A stretch of DNA of 64,000 nucleotides from a virus, in IMG/VR virus record IMGVR_UViG_3300036772_000367, positions 32,001 to 96,000 of that record. One strand, 5' to 3'. The position numbers and the translations under genes are program-made. Numbering within the stretch: position 1 is the first letter of the stretch; each line of letters begins with the position of its first letter. The notes beneath the pieces are model-generated. The model saw nothing but the letters and a program-made list of their open reading frames with translations. It did not search any database and was not told where the DNA came from. This document shows positions 46,861 to 54,360 of the stretch, one piece after another.

Positions 46861-47328
46861 ATGGGTGCGTATGTTGTCCACAATCAAGGGGCTATTCCAG
46901 CGCTGACTGCCTCCACGACCAAGACGTTGGTTTATATCAACCCTGCTGTGGTGGATATCGTTATTAACGAGATTAGTATTTCCTTTGACTCACCTTCGGC
47001 GGCTACGGCGATCGAAGTGGATCTGTATCGAACAACCAACGCGACGAGTGCGGCCGGTCCTTCCTTCACTCCGGTAAAGACGACCAAGCCTGGTAGTGGT
47101 GGTACTGCTGCACAGTCCACTGCCTTGATCAACCTCACAGTGGAACCCACTGCCATAGAAGTGGTGCGCACCTACTTCATTTCTCCCGCTTCGGGTTTGA
47201 TGGTATTGCAGTTCCCCTTGGGCAAGGAGCCTGCTGCGCTAGGGGGCGGTCAACCCATTGGCCTACGGGTGGTCACTCCAGCAGGAGTGACACCCCATGC
47301 GTTGGCGTATCTCGACTTTTCTGAGTAG
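46861..47328 (+). CDS. virion beta-sandwich protein
   Basis: ATG at 46861 after AAAGG; in structural operon. Confidence 0.65.
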   Translation: MGAYVVHNQGAIPALTASTTKTLVYINPAVVDIVINEISISFDSPSAATAIEVDLYRTTNATSAAGPSFTPVKTTKPGSGGTAAQSTALINLTVEPTAIEVVRTYFISPASGLMVLQFPLGKEPAALGGGQPIGLRVVTPAGVTPHALAYLDFSE

Positions 47329-47354
47329 TGATCTTCTGACATAGGTGATCTGAC

Positions 47355-48911
47355 ATGGCACGGTTGGCGAGGTCGTTCCCCGGCTTCATCGTGCTACGGG
47401 GCCCGATCGCGACGACGCCGTCTTGGACCACGTGGCAGGGTGCCGCCGCGTTTGCCCCTGCCCTGACCTTGACAACAGCCGGCACCTTGATCTTGGCGTC
47501 ATCGGCCGCCACCCTGTCGGTCACGGCTGGGTTGTCCGCTGATGGCGGGGCAATCAGTCAGGCTGTTGTCACCTTGACGCCGACGGCCAGTTTGTCCAGC
47601 GCGGCCATCGACGTTGTTCCCGGAGCGGTCTCTCTGTCCGGCACAGCGGGGTTGAATGCCGCCGGCAGCTATATTGCCCAGGGCAGCGTCACGATGTCGG
47701 CCACGGCGAGCCTGGGTACCGTTGCGGTCCAGACTGGCTTCGGTCAGGCATCGTTGGCACCGGTTGCGTCCCTCGTGGTGGGTACACAGACGGTGTGGCA
47801 GGCCAGCGCCACGTTGGCTCCCGTTTCTGTTCTGGTCGCCGGAGCGGCCCAGACGAGCTTCCCTACGGTAGATCTGACTCCCTCGGCCGGGATGACGGTG
47901 GCGGCGACACGGATCGTGTTGCCGGGAGTCGCGCTGGCACCCCTGGCTGCTCTGACCACCGCGACACCGATGGCGATCTATCAGGGCGCTGTGTCCTTCA
48001 GCCCTGCCATGTCGTTGACCCTGGCATCCGGATCGAACTTCACCGGCAATGTCATTATGTCCGGGACCGGCGCGCTCACTATCGTTGGTCCGAAGGCGAT
48101 CTATCAGGCTATTATCGCGCTGGTTCCGATGGCGACCTTCACGGTGGCCAGTCTGATCCTGCCCTCTGGCGTGCTCCTGGCTCCCGTCATATCTCTGACG
48201 GCGGCGGCCGACATCCAGCTCAACGTCGGCCAGGTCCAGCCCTACTACATCAGGCAACGCCAGGACTGGGCTATCCAACAGGAACGTCAGCGTCACGCTG
48301 AGGCCATCTACTGGATCGGCGAGATGGTGTGCCTTATTTTGATGTGGCACGAGATTGATTTTCAGAAAGGTCTCGTGCAGCGCTGCCATACTTGTTACAA
48401 CACCACGGACACTATCACCAATCGCATCACTGCGGTATACAACCAACCGACGCGTAATGAATGCCCTGATTGTTTCGGTACAACCTTCGAAGGTGGCTAC
48501 CGAGCCCGCATTGTGCGACCTGCGATCCTGACCGATGTGGACGAGACCGAACGCCAGGACCGCAAGGGTTCCATGCATCCGAGTTCTCTGAACGTAGAGA
48601 CCGTCTGGGACTTCCGGTCTCGGGCGGGAGACTATCTACTGCGCGCGGACGGATCACGCTGGCGGCTCTCCGATCCCCAGCGCACCACGTTGCGCACCGG
48701 CTTCTACCATCCGGCGCAGTCCACTAGCTCCATCACGTACGGCAATATCCGCGCGCAGTACGAGGAAGAGACCACGGTGGCCTACCTCTTGCCACCCACC
48801 GATGTTTCCACTCTGAGCACATTGTTGCAGCAACAGGTGTTCTTCCCGCCGAACTTTTCCAGCTTCGAGATCATCCGGGCACCTCTCATTCCGACTGCCC
48901 TGCAAGACTAG
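47355..48911 (+). CDS. head-closure/stopper-like protein with N-terminal Ala/Thr/Val repeats
   Basis: About 24-aa repeats then RCHTC...CPDCFGTTFEGGY. Confidence 0.65.
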   Translation: MARLARSFPGFIVLRGPIATTPSWTTWQGAAAFAPALTLTTAGTLILASSAATLSVTAGLSADGGAISQAVVTLTPTASLSSAAIDVVPGAVSLSGTAGLNAAGSYIAQGSVTMSATASLGTVAVQTGFGQASLAPVASLVVGTQTVWQASATLAPVSVLVAGAAQTSFPTVDLTPSAGMTVAATRIVLPGVALAPLAALTTATPMAIYQGAVSFSPAMSLTLASGSNFTGNVIMSGTGALTIVGPKAIYQAIIALVPMATFTVASLILPSGVLLAPVISLTAAADIQLNVGQVQPYYIRQRQDWAIQQERQRHAEAIYWIGEMVCLILMWHEIDFQKGLVQRCHTCYNTTDTITNRITAVYNQPTRNECPDCFGTTFEGGYRARIVRPAILTDVDETERQDRKGSMHPSSLNVETVWDFRSRAGDYLLRADGSRWRLSDPQRTTLRTGFYHPAQSTSSITYGNIRAQYEEETTVAYLLPPTDVSTLSTLLQQQVFFPPNFSSFEIIRAPLIPTALQD

Positions 48912-48919
48912 GAGGGGCG

Positions 48920-49648
48920 ATGCCGCAACTTCTCGCCCCGCAGATGCGTTTCGCCGCCGGGGCTCCGGACCGGCTGGTGATGTTGGCCGACGTCAGCCGG
49001 GAGGAGTCCTACTACCTGGCGACCGAAGCGGTCTACATCGCCCGGCAGACGATGCCCCGCGTCACGGGTGTCACCGCGTCCCGACTGGCCACCATCGTGG
49101 CCGAGGGTTACTTCGGCATCTACTTCCCGGACGCCACTACCTGGTTCCTGGAGGCGGGCACGCGGGCCTTCACCATGAGGTCGCTAGCCGGCAAGACCAT
49201 CCCGATGTGGGTGTCCGATACAGATGGTCAGCTCCGGCGGGACAACCCGAAGATCCGTATCCACACCACGGAGGATGGCCGTCTCCAGGTTCTGATCTTC
49301 CGTCGTGCCGCGCGCCTGGGTCAGCGCAAGGTCGTTCGACGGAAGGATCCGGTCACCGGTCAGCTGACCCTCCGCACGACGGTGGCGTCCTACCCTGGAG
49401 CGCCAGGTCGGATTAACCGTCGTCAGCCTGCCGCTCCGTGGAATGCGTCTGGGACGCAGGGTGGTCAGATCGCCGGAGGGAATGTCGGTGTTCGCTGGCG
49501 GCATCCTGGCATCCAAGCAATGCAGTTTCTCAACGGTGCGCTGGCGCGGACGGCTTTCGAGGCGGGGTTGCCGATCACCACGGTCTACGCGGTGGATGGC
49601 GCCAGTTGGCAGTCCTTCTTGAGCTTCCGCCTACGAGGAGTGCAGTAA
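48920..49648 (+). CDS. neck/tail completion protein
   Basis: GGAGGGG RBS; basic; RWRHPG motif; synteny. Confidence 0.55.
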   Translation: MPQLLAPQMRFAAGAPDRLVMLADVSREESYYLATEAVYIARQTMPRVTGVTASRLATIVAEGYFGIYFPDATTWFLEAGTRAFTMRSLAGKTIPMWVSDTDGQLRRDNPKIRIHTTEDGRLQVLIFRRAARLGQRKVVRRKDPVTGQLTLRTTVASYPGAPGRINRRQPAAPWNASGTQGGQIAGGNVGVRWRHPGIQAMQFLNGALARTAFEAGLPITTVYAVDGASWQSFLSFRLRGVQ

Positions 49649-49650
49649 TC

Positions 49651-50265
49651 ATGTACCTAACACCTCTGAAGACCGCTGTGGTGGAAGCACTCCGTGACAC
49701 CTTTAATGGCAGTTATCCGAACTCCGACTTTCAGAACATCAACATCAGTGTGGAATATCCCGTACTGAAGTCGCAGTATCCCAATCTCTGGGTGACGTAC
49801 GAAGATACCGCTGAGTTGAGCATTGCCAGTATTGGACACCTGGAAGTCAGCTTCAATACCCAGACTAGAACTTATACTCAGGTGAACCGGTGGCGCTTCC
49901 AGGGGAGCATCACCATTACTATTGCGGCTTTGTCCTCTCTGGAACGCGATCGGCTCTATGACGAAGTCGTGCGTACCTTCGCCTTCGGTGGACAGAATGA
50001 TTCTTTGAATGTCTTTCGACAGAAGATCGAACAGAACGACTTTGTCGGTATGAACTTCAATTTCGACGATCTTCAGCCCACCGGAGACACCGCCGCGATG
50101 GGAACACCGTGGCAGACCGATGAAATGATTTACGAGAAGTCACTCACTATCGACTTGATCGGTGAGTTTGTGGGAGACCCACGTACCCAACAGTTGGTGG
50201 CTCTGTCGAAGTTCGACATCATCGGGACGCCTGAGGCACCAGATGGTATGCAGTTGGCCGGTTAA
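49651..50265 (+). CDS. tail terminator-like protein
   Basis: Directly upstream of sheath; ISVEYP...YP, SSLERDRL. Confidence 0.6.
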   Translation: MYLTPLKTAVVEALRDTFNGSYPNSDFQNINISVEYPVLKSQYPNLWVTYEDTAELSIASIGHLEVSFNTQTRTYTQVNRWRFQGSITITIAALSSLERDRLYDEVVRTFAFGGQNDSLNVFRQKIEQNDFVGMNFNFDDLQPTGDTAAMGTPWQTDEMIYEKSLTIDLIGEFVGDPRTQQLVALSKFDIIGTPEAPDGMQLAG

Positions 50266-50267
50266 TC

Positions 50268-50303
50268 CTGTCCCTGCTGTGCTTGACCCGGATCAAGAAC
50301 TGA
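50268..50303 (+). promoter_or_regulatory. putative late promoter motif
   Basis: CTGTC-N21-CAAGAACTGA upstream of the sheath gene. Confidence 0.6.
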
Positions 50304-50361
50304 GGAAGGGAGACGAGTCCCTTCGGGTGATCGTTGTTGGTGGCCGAAGGAGCTGAGTCAC

Positions 50362-51891
50362 ATCCCGAACTTCACTCAATACGTGCCGCCCAATGTGTAT
50401 ATCAATACTGCCTCGACACCTGTGGTGGCGCCGATCGGTGTCAACCCCACGGTCATTTGTCTCATCGGTGCGGGTGTTGGCTATAACACTTTTCAGGACA
50501 TTGTCACCTTCAGTGGATCAACACCGGTCACCCTGACGAAGAGTGGCATCAATGCTTCATCCATTGTGGTGACGGGATACATTCCCGATCCCAATGCCAG
50601 CAACCAGGCGCTGCCACACACCTTCTTGCCGGACATCACCGGTGGTTCCCCACAGACCAGGGACTATTCGGTCAACCAGACCGGCTCCGGGGCCAGCAGC
50701 GTCACCACGCTGACCAAGGAGGGGTCGGGCACGATCAGCACGACTTATCCGCAAGCAACGGTGTCCTACCAGTACACCGACGCCAGCTACTACGGATTGC
50801 ACTTCTTTTCCGACTACACCAGTTTCACCAACGCCTACGGTCCCGCGTTGGATCCCACCACCGGAGCTCTCGTCAGTCCTCTGTCGCTGGCTGCCCAGGT
50901 CGCCATGCAGAACGGCGCGAACCAGCTCTACGCCATCGCGCTGGAGGGTGGCTCCAACACTCTTCAACAGCAGTTCGCCGATGCCTATGCGCTGTTGTCG
51001 TCTACGAATACCGATGCCAACATCATCGTGCCGCTGTGGAATGAGGTTACCGATCCCACGCAGCTCGCCGGGATGCTCGCCACGCTCAAGGCATTCGTGG
51101 AGGGAGATGCGACCAATCAGGGCATTCTGCGGATGGCATTCGTCGGGTTCGACGAGGCTTACGCACCGGCAATATCGGACCTGGCGACGCTGGCGGTGAA
51201 CGTGGCCTCCGAACGAGTCGTGATGGCGTGGCCGAACCAGTTGAACTTCTTCAACGGAGTGACCTCCCAGACACAGATCTTGGACGGCTTCTATCTGGCC
51301 ACGGCCTATGCGGGGCTGCTGTCCGCGCTACCGCCGCAGATGCCGTTGACCCAGAAGTATCCCCAGGGCTTCTCGGGTGTGCCTATAGCGATCAGCCAGA
51401 CTCTGACTACGACAGCGAAGAACCAGCTCTCCAGCTCCGGCGTCACCGTCTGCAATACCGATCGACGGGGTCGTCTGGTTGTTCGACATGGTCTCACCAC
51501 AGATTATGTCGGCGGAGTGCTCGCTCGCGAGATCAGTCTGGTGCGGGCCGAGGACGCCCTGTTCAACTTGGTCGACCAGAACTTGCTCACCGCTCAACTC
51601 ATTGGTCAGCCGATCATCACCAACACGGTGACCAGCACCAACACCACTCTGTTGCAGGTACGGTCCATTGTGACCGGCGCGCTGGATACGGCGACGACGT
51701 CCGCGCTGATCAATGGCTACAACAACGTCGTGGTGACGGAACAGCAACCACCGTCGGGCGACCCCACTATTATCCAGGTGCAGTTCGCCTACTTGCCGCC
51801 GTGGCCGTTGAACTACGTCCTGGTGTCATTCAGCGTCGACACGACGACCGGTCAGACGAACCTGACGGCCTCGGGAAACACCACGGGCTGA
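50362..51891 (+). CDS. tail sheath protein (possible ATC start at 50362; first canonical start GTG 50383)
   Basis: YVPPNVY N-motif; LVVRHGLTT...REISLVR...PLNYVLV C-motifs of contractile sheaths. Confidence 0.85.
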   Translation: MPNFTQYVPPNVYINTASTPVVAPIGVNPTVICLIGAGVGYNTFQDIVTFSGSTPVTLTKSGINASSIVVTGYIPDPNASNQALPHTFLPDITGGSPQTRDYSVNQTGSGASSVTTLTKEGSGTISTTYPQATVSYQYTDASYYGLHFFSDYTSFTNAYGPALDPTTGALVSPLSLAAQVAMQNGANQLYAIALEGGSNTLQQQFADAYALLSSTNTDANIIVPLWNEVTDPTQLAGMLATLKAFVEGDATNQGILRMAFVGFDEAYAPAISDLATLAVNVASERVVMAWPNQLNFFNGVTSQTQILDGFYLATAYAGLLSALPPQMPLTQKYPQGFSGVPIAISQTLTTTAKNQLSSSGVTVCNTDRRGRLVVRHGLTTDYVGGVLAREISLVRAEDALFNLVDQNLLTAQLIGQPIITNTVTSTNTTLLQVRSIVTGALDTATTSALINGYNNVVVTEQQPPSGDPTIIQVQFAYLPPWPLNYVLVSFSVDTTTGQTNLTASGNTTG

Positions 51892-51896
51892 TGATG

Positions 51897-52748
51897 TTAC
51901 TCGACGTGCTTCCACGACTTACGTCGCACGATAGCGCTGACGTTTGCGGCAGACATGCCGTACGCGTGAGCGATGTCGTCGGTCAGATCACCGGAGGCGT
52001 ATCGAGCACGGATAATGCGGATGTCGTTGTCAATGAGACGACTACCACCACCTTGTCGACGAACATGAGGGGCTTCGATCTCGTCCAGGTGCTGCCAGGT
52101 CTGACCTCTGATCGCATAGCCCAAAACAGCGATCTGGACATTATGGTGAGCTGCGATGGAAGCTTGGGTCTCGCCTGCTTTGGATCGAGTCCGAGCATCC
52201 AATACGATGGCATCAGTCAGGACGGCCGAGTCATTGGCTTCGCCACGCTGATTGGTCTTCCCTCTAGCTCGGCCGCGCTTGCTTTTGTCTCGCATGTTGT
52301 CAGCATGGGTTCCGTTCTCCAGATGACTGGGACGACAACAGGGTGGGTTGTCGCACTTGTGTCGGGCATGGTCTGGGATCGCTCCGCCCTGACTCAGCAT
52401 CAAAGCCATACGGTGGGCTCCGATGGTGGACTTACCATCAGGATTCTTCCGGTCATTGAAGATACGGAACAATCCGTACTCCTCGCCTTGAACGGGTCGT
52501 CGTCCGGCGGTCCACTCCCAACACGAGTCGTCGTCGTCAATGATGTTGACCTTCGACCAGAATCGAACTTCCAGTTCTGTCAGCTCTTGAGGACAGCTCT
52601 GGAACAGGAGGGCCTTGCGTTCGGCCACCTTAGCTCGAAGATCTTTGAGTGTGTTCCACACCTCGGTGATCTGACTTTCGAGCGCCCTGATCGGTTCCCA
52701 GCCTTCGTTCCAATCGGCGAGGGTCCGTACTTTGTCGTCGTATTCCAC
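51897..52748 (-). CDS. free-standing HNH homing endonuclease with two C-terminal HTH repeats
   Basis: RFWSKV...CWEW...YG...AHR...RHKCDNPPCCRPSHLENGTHADNMRD; GTG start at 52748. Confidence 0.9.
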   Translation of the reverse strand: MEYDDKVRTLADWNEGWEPIRALESQITEVWNTLKDLRAKVAERKALLFQSCPQELTELEVRFWSKVNIIDDDDSCWEWTAGRRPVQGEEYGLFRIFNDRKNPDGKSTIGAHRMALMLSQGGAIPDHARHKCDNPPCCRPSHLENGTHADNMRDKSKRGRARGKTNQRGEANDSAVLTDAIVLDARTRSKAGETQASIAAHHNVQIAVLGYAIRGQTWQHLDEIEAPHVRRQGGGSRLIDNDIRIIRARYASGDLTDDIAHAYGMSAANVSAIVRRKSWKHVE

Positions 52749-52754
52749 GGCGGC

Positions 52755-52763
52755 AGTATAGCA
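52755..52763 (-). promoter_or_regulatory. extended -10 promoter for leaderless HNH mRNA
   Basis: TGCTATACT on the minus strand, 6 nt before GTG. Confidence 0.7.
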
Positions 52764-52865
52764 GGTAGTGAAACCTCTTCGTTGGGTGCCTCGGAACCGC
52801 ACCAAAATGATCTTGAAGAGATCATCTTCGATGAGCGTTTTCCCTGCTGGGGTGGTGGTTAACTC

Positions 52866-53360
52866 ATGCCGAACACACAGGTTCGTGTCGTGGGATCTTA
52901 GTCCGGATTTAGCACTTTTAGCTACCAAGGACACCCTATTGCGTTCCTGGAGGGTGTAGAAGATTCCGGTCAGCGGGCCTTCTCCGACGCAGGTCAGGGC
53001 TACCAGTTCATCCACCCGTTGGGTTTCACGCACCCGATCGAGATCGCGACCTCGCGTGTGCTCGCGGGTGGCACGCTGAACCTGACCATCCGGGAATTGT
53101 GGAACACCTTCATCTGGGAGCAGCTGTTCGGTCTGGCGGGGACGCACAACATCGTGGACGTGTTCGCCGCCCTCGCTGCGAACCCCGCTTATGTCACCTG
53201 TCAGACGGTGATTCAGCCACCCGGTGGTGCTGCTCCTCGTGGAAAGAACTTCCACAATTGCGTGGTGGTTGACATTGCCGACAACGACACCATCACCGTG
53301 GGGGCGCTGGCGGTGACCAAGGGAATCGTCGTGGCATATACCCACTCATCGGCGCTCTGA
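52866..53360 (+). CDS. tail tube protein with an in-frame TAG at codon 12 (52899-52901)
   Basis: GGTGG RBS; MPNTQVRVVGS*SGFSTFSYQGHPIAFLEGVEDSGQ continues in frame into ORF 53019-53360; lies between sheath and chaperone. Confidence 0.85.
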
Positions 53361-53399
53361 TGATCATGCATCAGCGCTGATTACAGAAAGGGTCATTAC

Positions 53400-53951
53400 A
53401 TGACCGCATTCAGTGCTGATGAAGCCCTGGTGGGTCCGACGTCCCGATCGTCGGACCCACCAGGCGTCTGGGATGCCCCAGAGCAGGAGACAACCACTCC
53501 TACGACTCCTGTGCGGGACGACCCGGTCAAGGACGATACCGATGATCTGACGCCGCGCGAGTTCAACCCTCGGGCCAGAGAACCGTTCATCGGATTGCTG
53601 TACCTGGGATCGCTGGACCGAGAGGTGACACTGTACGGCCACAAGTTCCTGTTGGTCACGCCCACTAATGCGGAGCGCATCCAGATGGGGTTGATCACCA
53701 AGGACTGGCGCGACACTGCGACCGAGGAAGTTGCCCTGGGTCAGGCGCTCGTGGCGGCCTTCCTGCACAAGGTCGACGGCCAACCGCTGCCAGAACCGAT
53801 CAGCCCAGATCCGAAGGACACCGCACTACGCGGCCGGTTCAATTGGGTGGGGGAAAACCTGCGGCGGCAGGTGATCACCGCGTTGTTCCAGGAGTGCATG
53901 ATCCTGGACACCCAAGTCGATATCGCGTTGGAGGCTATGGGAAAAGCGTAG
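53400..53951 (+). CDS. tail assembly chaperone
   Basis: Between tube and tape measure; ends at a slippery site. Confidence 0.8.
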   Translation: MTAFSADEALVGPTSRSSDPPGVWDAPEQETTTPTTPVRDDPVKDDTDDLTPREFNPRAREPFIGLLYLGSLDREVTLYGHKFLLVTPTNAERIQMGLITKDWRDTATEEVALGQALVAAFLHKVDGQPLPEPISPDPKDTALRGRFNWVGENLRRQVITALFQECMILDTQVDIALEAMGKA

Positions 53952-54355
53952 CGCCAGCCGGAGTGGACCCGTGGCTGAAGACAGAGTTGCGGTTGGCGGA
54001 ACGACAGGGACTGCTCACGGGACGTTACTTGTCGCCGATTCAGGTGCAGGGGATTCAAGTCCTCCGGCTGTTGGACGAGGTGGAGAAGCAGCAAACGAAG
54101 TTCGATCTGTTGCGGACGGCCTTGGTGGCGGCGGGAGCCCCTCCTCAGGACATGTGGCCCGAGTTCAAGGAGCTGTTCGGTGACGCCACGGTGGAGATGG
54201 ACGATCCGGCCGCTGACGATCCGAACGCGACGTATGACTACCGTGACGTGGAGTGGAAGGGCATCAGCGATGCTGCGCAGGAATACGAGGATCTGATGGT
54301 GAAGGTTGCTGCGCTCCACACGGGACGCATCAATGGTGAGTCCCTGACGAAGTAG
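53939..54355 (+). CDS. tail assembly chaperone -1 frameshift extension
   Basis: G GGA AAA at 53939-53945; the -1 frame is open to 54355. Confidence 0.8.
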   Translation, partial: GKSVAPAGVDPWLKTELRLAERQGLLTGRYLSPIQVQGIQVLRLLDEVEKQQTKFDLLRTALVAAGAPPQDMWPEFKELFGDATVEMDDPAADDPNATYDYRDVEWKGISDAAQEYEDLMVKVAALHTGRINGESLTK

Positions 54356-54360
54356 GAATC

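Noticed and set aside
51228-52862. 544-aa + strand ORF
   Set aside because: It overlaps the sheath out of frame and the HNH antisense, with no recognisable motifs.
52899-52901. Genome-wide TAG reassignment (alternative genetic code)
   Set aside because: TAG ends many genes at sensible boundaries (9190, 23387, 24184, 33725, 47328, 48911, 54355, 62404) and long genes have no internal TAG; only one site is affected.
51892-52910. Group I intron carrying the HNH and interrupting the tube or sheath gene
   Set aside because: The sheath ends normally and the tube has its own start after the HNH. Non-coding space is only about 120 nt and no intron core is visible.
52749-53345. N-terminal 199 aa of the ORF-track HNH call (482 aa)
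   Set aside because: It is mostly antisense to the tube gene; a -10 box and GTG at 52748 give a better start.
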